Shown: piece by piece, positions 12,546 through 25,905 of the stretch
Position numbering within the stretch: position 1 is the stretch's first letter
How the letters are laid out: each line of letters begins with the position of its first letter
DNA from: Oikopleura dioica
Lineage: Eukaryota > Animalia > Chordata
Direction of reading: 5' to 3'
NCBI GenBank assembly: GCA_907165135.1
Contig: OU015566.1
Coordinates: 1,116,001 to 1,180,000, forward strand
Length of the DNA: 64,000 nucleotides
The notes under the pieces: generated by a model
Seen by the model: the letters and a program-made list of their open reading frames with translations, nothing else
The model's database searches: none
Told to the model about the DNA's origin: nothing
Made by a program: the position numbers and the translations under genes

Positions 12546-15500
12546 TTTTTTTAAAAGAAACTTCCCCTCAGATTCAAATTTATCTGATGAATCAATTCTA
12601 GTTTATTCCTAGTTAAATTTCAAATTGTCCAACTTTGCCGTCCCGAATTTCCAACACAACACTTTTTTTAATAAGAACGCGTTACACTCTGTTAGACCCC
12701 AAGTTTAGATGCAATTGAACTGTGACAAGAATTTTCCGCTTTGGATTTTGCCTTGTTTGCCTATTATTTTATCTACTTTTTTCTACAGCTCTTTTCTCTA
12801 AGTATTTCTCTCTGTCCTCGTTCACTTAAATAAAAATCCTTGCGAATGTTGCAAATTTTTAAAATAACGCCTGTAAAAAGAGCCCTTTTTTCTGTCTATA
12901 ATATCTAGTCTCTAGATCCTCTCTAGATCCTTGTCTATATGATGTTCAAGAACTTGGTTCTGTTGTCAAATTAGGCTTGGGTTGGTTAGGGTTAGTTAAG
13001 GGTTAGGGTTTGGTTCGTCAATAAGGATAGTTTCCAGTTTTAGATTTGTACGTTAAATATGAACTTTTTGGCTTTTGTAGAAGGCTTTTTATTTCAAAAT
13101 GAATTTTTTCTGTTGAAAAAGTTGCCCATTCAAATTTATTTAAACTTTTAGTTTTTTAAGAAGAGCATATTGTAGTACTGTAAAGAGCCTTTTCACGCCC
13201 TCTTCATTATTTTGTTTTTCATGTTTTCAACCGGAAATGAAAAGGAATGTTTAAAGATATTCGTCCATCGCCAAGAGTAAACTAAACTTGATAAACCGAG
13301 AAAATTTCAAAAAAAGACAAAAAAAGAGATTTTTATCAGAACTTCGCCTTGGTCCAAAGTGACCTTTTTGGTGGGGTCAGACATTTCAGTTTCGCCGCGC
13401 AAATTTCACCGCGGTCATTCAATGTCAATATTTTGCCAGTTGAAAGTAAACAGCAGTTATTTGCGTTTACAGACTTAGAATGATCTGGCATCGATCACTG
13501 CTTGCCTGCCCTAAGGGTGGCGGAGTCCCACTCTTTTCTACTGACTCAGTGAGGCTGATTTCCATTCATTACGGAGAAAGAGAAAACCATCACCGGTCAA
13601 TGACCGCGCAGAATTTTCCGTCGATTCGTCAAACGCGATCTTATTTGAATTCCATTTCGGAAATTAAATAGAGAAAAGGGCGATTCCGAAAAATTAAGAA
13701 TTTTTGAAAGTCATTTTTTTTTTAATTTTTTAATCAATAAAGTCATACAATTTGCAATTAGACAAAACTGATTAAAATTAAATTTTAAATTTGATAAATA
13801 GAAATTATTTTTTATCAAATTATCCTGATTTTTCCTCGAAATGATTGCAATTTTAGCAAATTTTTGATATTATTTGTCTCAGATTCCGACATCTGTTAAA
13901 ATGGCGACGCTTTTGAGAAGTCTCTCTTTATTGATGTTTGAAATTTCCCTGGGTGGGTAGTTGTCACGCAAATGTTTTCTCTGATGACGACTTTATGTTT
14001 ACAAGAAACAAGTCAATCACCGATGCGATCTCCGCTGCTCGCTTCTGATTCTGGCAATTAAATGACTTGATTATTCTGACATTATGTTTTTTCGTAAAAC
14101 CAAGAGAAAAATAGTTTTCATTAAAAACTTCTTCGGAAATCGTGATTCATTTCATGGCTCCCGCCTCTAGGCTTATTTTTAACAAATGCGCCACGTAATT
14201 TCTTTTTATTTTTCAGAGAAAATTGTGATTAATTTGATCGAACTCGGAAATCAACGAAGAAAAGGAAGCTTTTCTGGGCGTGGCCTTCTATTTTCAACAC
14301 TCCTTTTTTATCAGGTAAATTTGAACTCAGAAATACAAGCGATTTTTTCGATGGAAAGACGCTTCAAATTTTTGTTTGAAAATAAAGCTGAAAGGCTTTG
14401 AAATTAGACAAGAAAGCCTTTTAGGAAAGATAAGGTTAGTTAAGGTTAAACCACTTTTCAAGTGAATCAATTTTGAATACATAAAAGTGCGTATTTTGCG
14501 CGGGGCGTGCGAGCAATAAGTCGTCCTGCGCCTACGAGGTGATTGTCGAGTTTTGTACGCTGATAAATCTCGCGTCTAAAAATGAACCTCACTGGACCAC
14601 GCTGCTCTGTTCGATCGATCGCCTCGCGTGGCAAGGGCTAACTCAGAACTTTACCTTCAGAGTTTGAACAGACCAGAGACAACGAGGACTCCCCCCTTTA
14701 CCCTGTTTTATCAGAAAAAAGCTTGATCGTTTTTGACAAATTTTGACGGTTCATTAAGCTTAACAGGCCTGATTATAACTTCTACGTGAGCCAAAAACAC
14801 CCCATAATCTAAAATGAATTTATCTTGAAACAGAAACTGCTCTAGTAAAGGATAAAAGAGTAACAGTCTGGGCTCCGCGACCTGACTTGAGTCACACTCA
14901 ATGCACTTCGGCCAGGTGAAAAACCATGGTCTTACATCAGGTCGAATGCTGAGCCCAGAACCTGTTTTAAAAGCTGAGTTAGGTCCCATAACTTATGGTC
15001 CATTTTAGCCATCGGTTAAGCGATCCGATAATAAGCCGTATCGCGAAGACACAAAGAGGCTTCGCCAGAATATTATAAATATTGCGATTATTATCCTGAA
15101 GAAGCCGCTTCGCGGCTTTTTTTAAATAAGCCACAAGACAGCACTAAAGAACAGCCCTTTCGGAACTCAGAGCCAGGCTTCTACAATTGAAGAATCTTCA
15201 TAAACAGATTTAGAAAATAACGGTCAGGTTATAATGGAACAGATAAGGGATGTGATCGCTTCATTTAATTGGCTTAACTTAAGCGTATTGGGCAAACAAG
15301 TCAACTGATAAGATAGTAGCCTGGACTCGGAGTTCTAAAATCGCCAGCGGCCATTAATGGAATCGAACTTGGCAGACTCAGTTGACAGAGTTATTTTAAA
15401 CAGAGAAAAATAGCGAAAGAGGGAACTTTTTTTAGAGCAGCGGATTCTGTATTGCTTGTTTTATATTGTATTTAATCAGCTTAGATCTTGATCTTTGTCA

Positions 15501-16241
15501 ATAAGAAATGCCTTCAAATTAGCAACTTTTCCAGGAAAGCATTCTTGACGAATTTTTTGAACGAATTTATTTTTCTTATTTTCTTTTATTTCAGATAAAA
15601 AGGTGAGATCGCGAAAATATGGAGCGCCAAAGCGTGATAATCAGGAACCCGAATTATCCAGAGAAAGAGAGGAAGAGACCAGAACCGGTTCAGCGAAGCT
15701 CTGTCATCTGCCAACGGCCTGATCCAGTTACCAGAGTCAGGAATGTGATTTATCAATTTATAGATCGAAAGTTGCCAGTGTCCATTTTCTTCCTTTTTAC
15801 CTCGTCGCGGCCACTAATGGAGATTACTGAGTGTGGTAGGCTTCCTACAGGCCTGCTACTAGCGACATTGAATCAACCCATCCATCAGTAATGCCTTTCG
15901 CCCGGACGAGGCTGTTTTGAACTTTAGTGAATTGAACTCTGCGCCCGAGCTAAGCGTCTCAAAATGAAACAGTTATTGATCACCAGAAAGCCCGTATGAA
16001 ATCCCGGGAAACTTCAAGCAAAAACATGCAGAACCAAGGATGGACAATGATGAGCTAAGGGACATCTACCTTACTTTGCCACAGCAGAAGCTTTTCAAAG
16101 GGTTAGTTTCCTATTCAGAGTTCTGCAGCATGTATGATGGTCTCTCCTATTTATGGCCTTGTTAAAAGCCGCGTAGATGGAGCTGGTTATCTTGCATTCA
16201 GCACAGTTTGAGCCTGTTCATATTTGACCCACAAATTCAGC

Positions 16242-18036
16242 ATGCTGAATTTCGCGTCAAACATTTCCGACGGGGAAGACGTCCAATTCATCAACTCTTC
16301 CATTCCGACAACTTCGAAATCGCCCGTCATGCATCGTCCGACAGCAAGCCCGATCCGAAGGCCGCCGATAACTTCTGCTTCCATCGCCGGGCCGCCGATG
16401 CAGCATCCACGGCTTCCAGTTCCGAACATCGAAAAACCGACAAAGAAGAAAGGACCTGTTCCGAAACTCTACGATGGCGAATGTTGTAAAAGTAAAAAAT
16501 ACGGAAAAGAAGCTCGGTTTGGTTATTTTTTTTAGTTTGCGGCGATAAAGCAAGCGGATTTCACTACAATGTCGTGTCCTGCGAGGGCTGCAAGGGGTTT
16601 TACAGAAGGGCGATTCTTGAAACAAGGGCTTTTAGGTGCAAAGGGACGAAAGTCGGCGAGTGTATGAAGGATTGGTTACATTGAATTTTGATAAATCTTA
16701 TCGACGTTTTCGAGGTTTATGCATTTTTGACTAAATTCAAATTTTCGGGGCTCTAGAGTTTGGAATAGAAGTGTAACCCTTTACAGGACTATTTTCTCAG
16801 CCGAAAGTGTAAATATTGCCGCTTCGATGCTTGCCAAAAGGGTGGTATGGCGAAGCACTATCTTCAGAACAAAAACGTAAATTTATCAACGCTGAATGGG
16901 CGTGTTATATTGTATATATACAATTATTACAATTATCCATCCTTGCAGCAAATTTAAAGATAAATTTATACTTTTTAGACAAATGGAAAGTATCCGGCGC
17001 TTAATCCTGGAGAAGAAGAGCTCTTAAAAATGGTCATAAATTTTTGGGGCTTGTATCGCGACGGAGTATGTAAGTAAAATGTTCTAGGGATAGGGGAGAT
17101 CCTAGATAGGGGGCAACGAATCAACGAATAACCGCCGATTTCAGCGGCGGCAATGGATAAAAAGCCACCAGAAATGCCAAAAACGATGCGTCCCATCAAA
17201 AAGACGAATCCATTTGTGGTCATTCAGAAAAAACTGCGGGAGATATCAATAAACGTTCCTGAGTATCCGGAAGAAGATTCTATCGCCGCGATGCGATCAA
17301 GAATGGGCCATCTTATCGCTCTCTCGCAGCTTCATTTGGTACAATCGCCGAATAATTTTACACAATTAACAATAACACTAGCAATTTATCTTGTTGCTGG
17401 TCGAAGCGATGCCGTTTTACAACGATTTGACGGAAGCAACGCGGAAATTGATAACCAAGGAGTCGATTGTCGAGATTATCTTTCTCCGAGCTGCTTGTTG
17501 CGCAGGAGGAAACGGAGGTAATTATGATGTTATTCTTCTTCGCCCTCAAAATCTACTGTTCTTGTTTTACGAGGTCGTTTTGACATCTAATAACTCTAGT
17601 GGCGAGCGTGAACGGCGCACGATATTCCGCCGAATCGCTCCAGAAGTCCGGTGTTTCCTCAAGTTGTATTTCAATTCTGAGCGACTTTATCAAATGGGTC
17701 AGAAAACTGCAACTCCTGGAAGAAGAATTCGCGATCATCGTGGTTCTGATTCTCATGTCACCTGATAGAGGAGTCGCAAAAGATGTGGACAGATGTCAAT
17801 TGTACCGGGTTCAGGAGATCTTCAGGGACATTTTGAGGCAGTTCGTTGTGGATAAATTCCCTGAGACGGCGACGAAGCGAATAGGAAAGGATTCAACTTT
17901 TGAAGAAATTGCGCTTTTATTTGGTTGCATTCAATTTTGAATCCAAACTAAAGCTAAAATCGTTGATCTACTGATGAAACTACGAATGATATCCGGTAAT
18001 CTGAACAAACAATTCCATTCGGCTGCGAAGGGATGA
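16242..18036 (+). CDS. LXR-like nuclear receptor (NR1H family); upstream exons and exact 3' end uncertain
   Basis: [41 protein letters not shown] closely matches the LXR DBD; LBD segments [36 protein letters not shown]. Confidence 0.85.
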
Positions 18037-18650
18037 TCCTCCACCCAACTGTTCCTGCTTCATTTTCGCCTCGTAATAAAAATTTTGGAAGAAAAAAAAC
18101 GAAGAGGAGAAAACGTTTTGTCACGTGAAAATGATGTCCTTTGTGCATTCATATTTTATTGCCTGTTCAATTGCCTTCTTTGTTTCTACTTCAACGATGC
18201 TCGATTGATTTTTTCGCCCAGACTTTTTGAACTTTCAAACTTTGAAAAGAAATATAACGAAGATGTTCTTGAACTTTATTATTTGATTTTAAACAATGAA
18301 TTCAAATTTTTACAGACGCGCATGATAGTTAGCTTTTCTTAGCTACGATTAATCTTTTTTGGGTAGTTCTTAGTAAGGCTAAGCCCAGGTAAAATTTTAT
18401 TATTTTTTTGTGATTTCGTGTAATTCAATTCTGATCTTGAAATCGGTGCTATTATCTTTCTAGTGAACCCAGGCAGGAACTCTTTTGCAGCTGTGATATC
18501 GGACTCTTATCGAATTTCCCCCGTAACAAGGTTAATGCTTCTCTTTCTCAAGACACAGTAGATTCGAGAAACTTTGTCGCTTCAACCCACCACCAAGTTA
18601 ATCTGAATTTCTTAGCCTTGAGTTCAGTCAATCATACTTATTTTTAATTT

Positions 18651-18791
18651 CATTTCATTTATTTAGCAGAAGCTTTTCGCCATTTCGGCTTCTTAAGTGC
18701 TTTTTTGATGCAAAGACAGAACTTGAGTTTTGCATAAAAAAGCACTGAATAGGCCGAAATGGCGAAAAGCTTCTGCTAAATAAATGAAATG
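18651..18791. mobile_element. 141-bp foldback/MITE hairpin
   Basis: Perfect 39-bp TIR catttcatttatttagcagaagcttttcgccatttcggc plus an inner inverted segment; flanked by a 12-bp AT-rich direct repeat ttatttttaatt. Confidence 0.75.
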
Positions 18792-21063
18792 TTATTTTTA
18801 ATTGATCTCTTTAATGGAATATAATTTCTGTACTCTAAAACTGCAAAACAAATGTATGTATTCATAATTTCCAAGTTATGACGAATATATTTTATTCAGA
18901 AATCGGGCCAGCACGATCTACAGTTTCGTTCCGTCTTTGACAAGCTGATTTGATAAGTAAGAATTATCCGGGGTTCTTACCAGTGGTGAAGACTCGTTGC
19001 TAAAGAGTCTTAGCTTGGGGCCTTGCCGCGGAATCCTTACTAGTTAAAACCCCCGTAACTGGTTCTGTTTTTTGGACCCCGTCCTGTTTCCTATCTTGTG
19101 TGCTAAAGTTAACTTGAGTTTTTAGTAAAAACTTTTTTACATCAATGATTAAGCGGAACAACGTCTTCGCTATTTATACACAAAATATTGCCTGTTTAAC
19201 ACTAAATACAAAAGGAAATGAACCCTTGATAAGACTTTGGCATCTTAGGACCACGGGCAGCGAAGCTGCAGAGGCTCTGCAGTAGAGCTGTTCACCACAA
19301 TTTTCAAGGAACCCCGTTTTTCCTCCGTCAATTAAAATTTTCAAAAAAATGACATATTTTTTTGGCTCTGAAAAGGTCTGTATGTTAAATTTTCAATAAA
19401 GGCCCAAAATCGTTGTTTTTCCGGAAATCCGATAATTTGATGGCTTAATTGCAGCCATGGTCTGATCAGGATTCGTTCTGCAAAGTATTTTTTCCAAAAA
19501 TGAACGGAAGTAATTAGGGATTACGGTACTCACAGATGACATCAGCGAACAAGTGTTGGAGCTTTCAAGCGGGCGCAAGCGAGCGAGCTGCGTTGTTATC
19601 ATTTTCAGCGCTTGTTATGAAAGCTTTATCTCGCTTTTTTCAAGTCTTGGGGCGATTTAATCCGACACCTATTTTTAATTTGAGAGCGGCTATTGATTGG
19701 AGAGAAATATATCTGCGAAAATTGACAAATTAACGTTAAACACAGTGTTTAACGAGATAAATAGAAACAGTTAAGAACAAATGTGCGTTTTTATTGGACG
19801 TTTCTAAAGGTCGCATATTTTACTCTTGGCACTTGAGTGTACGCTTCAAAGCTAAAAGCTTGACTTTGTCATCGCTTATTATGAGCGCTTTTCGAATCCC
19901 TTGACAAATTTGGTAAGAAAAAGAACCTGTTTAAACGAGCTGAAATGTCCTTGCCCGGTGACAATACGGAAGGCTGCAATGGAATCCGCACTGCGAAGGC
20001 ACATCCCTGATCCTAGGGATTACACACAGGATACCCTTCAAAAAGGACTCCTAGGGATCGGAGGATACCCTTCAGAAATGAATCATGGGTATAAGACCCG
20101 GGGTACCTTTTCACAATCATATCCTGGGGACAAAAGCGTCGAAAAAAGCTTGTTTTAGAACCATTATTTTAGGACCTTAGAGCAGAGCCTCCCATGGTTT
20201 AAGGCGCACTCCAACGCCTCTTATTTAAGAATATCGATTTTCATCCAAAGCGTGAGTCGGGATCGGTGCCGATTCTTTTTTCAAGAGTATTATTCATTTT
20301 CAATCGCGAAAAAATGATGAATAACGCAGGTTTCTAGCAATTGCTCTTCAATTTCCGCCTTGATCGGGAAATACCGTCTAAGAAATTACCAAAGTTGCAA
20401 TATGTATAGGGTTAAGCTGTCGAGTACGTCTTTTTTGGCGTGCGCGGCTTCCTTCCCTGTCTGCTTTGGCTTGGAGAGTTTCGCCAGCTCAGAAGACAAA
20501 TGAGCAGTCATGCTCGCAACGAACCCGTGCCTATTTGCTAACACTCTTTTCTTAGGTCGGCAAATTGTAACTGTCAAATATTTGCGGAGTCTCTTTTATC
20601 TCAAACGAACCATCGTGCAGCAGACGAAAGAAACTTGAAGCAGAGACACGCGCTAGGAAATTTCATGTCAGCGATTGTCAAGAAAACGGGAAGGATCGGG
20701 TTTAAGCGCGGTCATTTTCTTTTGCTTATTGAAACCTAACACTGAAAAGCTGCGATTCTAAATGAATATTTGTTGCTTGCCTCCTGCGGCTTCTCTATTT
20801 ATGACAGCAATTTTACTTTGTTAGCAATCAGTATCGCAGTTTTAGACTTTCAATCAGCGATTCACTTTTGTAAAGCATCATTTCTTTTGGAATTATAAAA
20901 TCGTAATAATATTACTTTGAAGTTTAGACTCTGAAGTTCAGAGCTGAACTCGAGACTGAAAGTCTCGAAGTCAGAAATTATATATTCACGCATTAGTAAC
21001 TTGCACCTCGAAAAAATCGATTCAATGATTTCTACGTACGTAGCTCTTTATAACGATATCCAT

Positions 21064-23676
21064 CAGGGCTGTTGATTTCGAGTCCTTCAAAATTACCCGC
21101 AATTTTTCTCCGGGTAATCCGCAGATTTTTCAACGGGTTACTCGCGCGGAGAGTCTTTTCGCGGGCTACCCGCCCTACGATTTTTCTCCTTGCCGCCGAG
21201 TAGCTCGCGATAATCCGCTACCCTTTTACCCGTTTCTACTCGCGCGGCGGGTTACTCGAAATTACCCGTACCCCTTTTTTCCTCACGCTAAGCGACAAAC
21301 TGCAATCAATTTTCAAATTTCAAATTCAAAATTTTCGAAAATTTTTTACTGATTTTTTACCGTTCTTAAAAAAAATTAAATAAACAGACAATTTATTTGC
21401 GAATAAATTTATAAGTAAATTTCGCAGTGTAAATTCGCCAGTGGAAAAATCGACTCTTTTTGCACTTGGTCTGGAGGGATGAAATTTTGTGGACATATTT
21501 CTTCAGACCTCAAGGTCCTTATCAAGAAAAAAATCAAAAAAAAAATCGAAAAATTAAGGGTATAGGTGTCAAAAAATCGATTTTTTATTTTTGCAAAATT
21601 AAGCCTGATCAAACATAGAAGACCCTTTTATAAGTCGAATAATGATTTTATAATCAAGGAACTTGGCTGAGACGGCCCGAAGGGCCGTCAAGCCCCTTAA
21701 TTTAATAATCAAGGAACTGCGCTGAGACGGCCCGAAGGGTCGGCAAGCCCGTTAAATTAAATAATCAAGGAACTGGGCTGAGACGGCCCGAAGGGCCGTC
21801 AAGCCCCTTAATTTAATAATCAAGGAACTGCGCTGAGACGGCCCGAAGGGCCGTCAAGCCCCTTAAATTTAATAATCAAGGAACTGGGCTGAGACGGCCC
21901 GAAGGGCCGGCAAGCCCCTTAAATTTAATAATCAAGGAACTGGGCTGAGACGGCCCGAAGGGCCGTCAAGCCCCTTAAATTTAATAATCAAGGAACTGGG
22001 CTGAGACGGCCCGAAGGGCCGGCAAGCCCCTTAAATTTAATAATCAAGGAACTGGGCTGAGACGGCCCGAAGGGCCGTCAAGCCCCTTAAATTTAATAAT
22101 CAAGGAACTGGGCTGAGACGGCCCGAAGGGCCGTCAAGCCCCTTAAATTTAATAATCAAGGAACTGGGCTGAGACGGCCCGAAGGGCCGGCAAGCCCGTT
22201 AAATTAAATAATCAAGGAACTGGGCTGAGACGGCCCGAAGGGCCGTCAAGCCCCTTAATTTAATAATCAAGGAACTGCGCTGAGACGGCCCGAAGGGTCG
22301 GCAAGCCCGTTAAATTAAATAATCAAGGAACTGGGCTGAGACGGCCCGAAGGGCCGGCAAGCCCCTTAAATTTAATAATCAAGGAACTGGGCTGAGACGG
22401 CCCGAAGGGCCGTCAAGCCCCTTAAATTTAATAATCAAGGAACTGGGCTGAGACGGCCCGAAGGGCCGGCAAGCCCCTTAAATTTAATAATCAAGGAACT
22501 GGGCTGAGACGGCCCGAAGGGCCGTCAAGCCCCTTAAATTTAATAATCAAGGAACTGGGCTGAGACGGCCCGAAGGGCCGGCAAGCCCGTTAAATTAAAT
22601 AATCAAGGAACTGGGCTGAGACGGCCCGAAGGGCCGTCAAGCCCCTTAATTTAATAATCAAGGATCTGCGCTGAGACGGCCCGAAGGGCCGGCAAGCCCC
22701 TTAAATTTAATAATCAAGGAACTGGGCTGAGACGGCCCGAAGGGCCGTCAAGCCCCTTAAATTTAATAATCAAGGAACTGGGCTGAGACGGCCCGAAGGG
22801 CCGGCAAGCCCCTTAAATTTAATAATCAAGGAACTGGGCTGAGACGGCCCGAAGGGCCGGCAAGCCCGTTAAATTAAATAATCAAGGAACTGGGCTGAGA
22901 CGGCCCGAAGGGCCGTCAAGCCCCTTAATTTAATAATCAAGGAACTGCGCTGAGACGGCCCGAAGGGCCGTCAAGCCCCTTAAATTTAATAATCAAGGAA
23001 CTGGGCTGAGACGGCCCGAAGGGCCGTCAAGCCCCTTAAATTTAATAATCAAGGAACTGGGCTGAGACGGCCCGAAGGGCCGTCAAGCCCCTTAAATTAA
23101 ATAATCAAGGAACTGGGCGATTTTTTTGCAAAAATGGAAATTTTCAAATTGGCATTATTTCCGTTACCGGACATTACCGGACGAGGTTACAATTTATTTA
23201 TAGAGAGCATCGTCCGCACTTTCTTTTGGTGGTCTTGATTCGGTTTTGGGTCGTTGTGGTTTCGAGTTATTCGACCAAATGTCCGTTACTCGTGGTATTT
23301 TCCGAAAAAAATCGCTATTCTACCATCAAAAATCAAAAATTTTTAATTTTCGCTAATTTTTATAGGATCCCCTTTAATTTACGTTTATGGTCACTTGGTT
23401 TCAGCGTTTGTTGAAAACAACACGTTTCCGGCCGAAATCCCACCAGCGCAACCCCATCCATTCACAATCGTAGCGTATGTTTTCGCGAGTAATCCGGGAT
23501 TCTCCGCTACCCTTCTCTCCGATTCTACTCGCGTCGCGGGCTACTCGCGATTTTCCTTTACTCATTTACCCGATTTACACGCACGGGTCTCCGCGCGAGT
23601 TACCCGTGTAAAAAACTGCGGGTTACCCGGAGAAAAATAGCGGGTAATTTCAAAGGACTCGAAATCAACAGCCATG
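21064..23676. mobile_element. Non-autonomous hAT-type element (2613 bp) carrying a minisatellite
   Basis: TIR cagggctgttgatttcgagtcc / ggactcgaaatcaacagccatg; exact 8-bp TSD ATATCCAT (21056-21063, 23677-23684); tacccg/cgggta-rich subterminal arms. Confidence 0.9.
21651..23118. repeat. 56-bp tandem minisatellite, about 26 units, each with a GC hairpin
   Basis: Unit aataatcaaggaactgggctgagacggcccgaagggccgtcaagccccttaaattt; internal palindrome GACGGCCC-GAA-GGGCCGTC. Confidence 0.97.
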
Positions 23677-23857
23677 ATATCCATTTTGAAAATGTAATCA
23701 GCATATATGATTCGCTTTATCGATCAAAACGAAAAACCTGGCATATACTATTTGAGCTCAAAGGACGCGCGCTCGATGACTGTTATTCTCTGGCGTCAGA
23801 TCTTTATATTTTGCCAGGCGTCCTTGCGCTCGCTTGAAAAAGTTGAAATCAAAAAGT

Positions 23858-25905
23858 ATGCTTCGAATACCCGAGAAAAGACAAAAGAAGCTCTTTGCAG
23901 GTGAAAAATGCTCAATCTGCGACCGAGAAGCGAACGGAATCAAGTACAATGCGATCAGTTGCGATTCGTGTCGCGTTTTCTTCAGAAGGATCGTCCTTTC
24001 TATGGAGAAAAGTAACAAGACGCAGCTCCCGTGCATCCGGGTAACCTTTGATTAATGCAAACTCGTGTCCATTTCTTCATTTATCGATTCAGAACAAAAT
24101 GTCGAGCTCGTTATTTGGTCTTACAGCGAGAGAAGCATCACTCAAATGCCAACACTGTCGTTTCCTCGCCTGCACGAATGCGGGAATGTGCGCAGAATAC
24201 GTACAAGGTAACGATCTTCAAAATCAGATCGAGTTCTGACCATCTGATTTTACCCTATTTCGCCTTTCAAAAACCCGTTCAGGAACTGCTGCGTTTCGAA
24301 ACAAGAAGCGGAAAAGGGAAAGCTCCGGGGCCTCTCAAACGGGTGCAAGCTCACCAAATCGCGCACGCTTGACTTCGTCCGAAAACTCCCCCGCCGCCAG
24401 TCCTCAAAGTTCAAATATCTTCGACTTCAGCAGCAGAAGCCCGAGTCAGCAAGAGCAGACTTCAAATGCTCTTTATCGCGTTCCACCGGTGGTGCAAACA
24501 TTTTATACAGAATCGAGCGAGGTGCGAAGGCTCCTGTCATTCTGGGAAGATTACGCGGGCATACGAGCAACGAGCGAAATGAGCATGAACAGATTTCAGC
24601 AGAATATAAACGGGCGCTTTTTTGGCCCACCAAGTCCGCCTCAAGTCGCTACTATTTGCAGTCAGGTACGACTTAGATCTCCTTTCCGCTGTCGATATCT
24701 TGATATATCCAAAGTTCCCAAGATTTTGACATCTTTGGTCATTTATGAATATCTTGAATCCATTATGGAATACTATTAGTATTCGAAAAATGTCTACATT
24801 TTTACAGAGAAAAATTCATCAAACATCAAAAGATCGATTTCAATGAAACTAGTTAGCATCTGTGGACATTTTTCGACACTTATCTATCGTTTCGCTCCGC
24901 CTATCAAGGGTTGAAATCTCCGTCTGAACCCGCTTGAGATTGAGACTTTAGGTTCAGTGAACCTGAAGCGCTACGGTCCTTTTATATTATTAAATTATCA
25001 ACTGACTGCTAGACTGATCGTCCCGTTCTACGGCAGAAAGTAAGCGGCCTTCTCTTCTCCCATCTGGAAAAAGTCATGGGTTTCGTTGAATCGCTTCCAT
25101 TCGTGACGCAATTCTTTCCGGACAAACGCCAACGCGATCGAATCACAATGAGCTGTTTTGTCGAACTCATCGTTTTACGTTGGGCGGCGACGACGAATGC
25201 CCGTGCATCGATGATCACCGGCATAGACGGAGCCAACTTCAGTGTTGCCAAAACGGTCAGCGTCGGAAACAACTGGGGCGCCAAGTTCAAGGAGTATTTT
25301 CTGCTCTCTCAAAGGTCTGTTTTTGTTGAAAAATAGATTCAATATGAAAATTCAGAATTCGAGCGATCGGGGTCGACCAAGTCGATTTGAGCCTCATGGC
25401 CGGGCTCGTCCTCCTCACCTCCGATCGCCACGACGACCTCGACCAGCAACAACGAAACGCCTTATCATACGTTCAAGAGCTTTTTGCCACTGTGCTCTAC
25501 CAAAAAGCGAGCCAAGCGGGTCAATCGTCCAAAGTCCACAAAATCTTTTCCATCCTCTCTTCGATGCGCTCAAAAATCAAAAGTGTAAGATCTCGAATAC
25601 ATTTCAAGACGGACTCGCCAATCTGTGTAGAAAACCTGAGTCAGGGTTCCGAAAGAATCTTAAAAAAGCGACGGGTATTTTCGAAAACGCTGTTTTGGGA
25701 CCCTGACTAAGTTTTTCTACGCAGGTTGTTGGGCTCTAATTTTGAGAATGGCTCATTTTCTTCAGTTTTGAAAAAGTAATTTTAGCTTGACTTGACGCCT
25801 GTCTCCGGCTTTGAACGACGAATCATGCTTACTGACGATCTGACAATTAAAGGTTTGATTTTTACCTCGAATTATATGTTTTCTTAAATAAATTTTTCAG
25901 TTTGA
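23858..25905 (+). CDS. Divergent nuclear receptor (NR1-like), multi-exon; ends uncertain
   Basis: Zinc fingers CSICDREANGIKYNAISCDSCRVFFRR and CQHCRFLACTNAGM; LBD segments FVESLPFV, FVELIVLRWAA, LMAGLVLLTSDR, KIFSILSSMRS. Confidence 0.8.
25623..25724. mobile_element. About 100-bp MITE (same family as 6563-6655) in a nuclear receptor intron
   Basis: TIR ctgtgtagaaaacctgagtcaggg / ccctgactaagtttttctacgcag. Confidence 0.7.

Noticed and set aside
15102-15124. Rho-independent terminator-like hairpin AAGCCGC-TTC-GCGGCTT-TTTT
   Set aside because: Eukaryotic intron or intergenic context with no bacterial gene nearby; likely chance or a TE remnant
21661-23100. Synthetic or cloning origin (each unit contains SfiI GGCCN5GGCC and BsmBI GAGACG sites)
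   Set aside because: Natural variant units, two diverged arrays and a degenerate single copy, all inside TSD-flanked elements, indicate genomic evolution
21651-23118. CRISPR array
   Set aside because: Units are near-identical end to end with no unique spacers, there are no cas genes, and the context is eukaryotic; it is a minisatellite (same for 30854-31839)
25623-25724. This MITE acting as its own GT-AG intron
   Set aside because: A simpler model, a GTAAGA donor at about 25585 to the TTTTAG acceptor at about 25786, keeps the LBD frame and contains the MITE entirely
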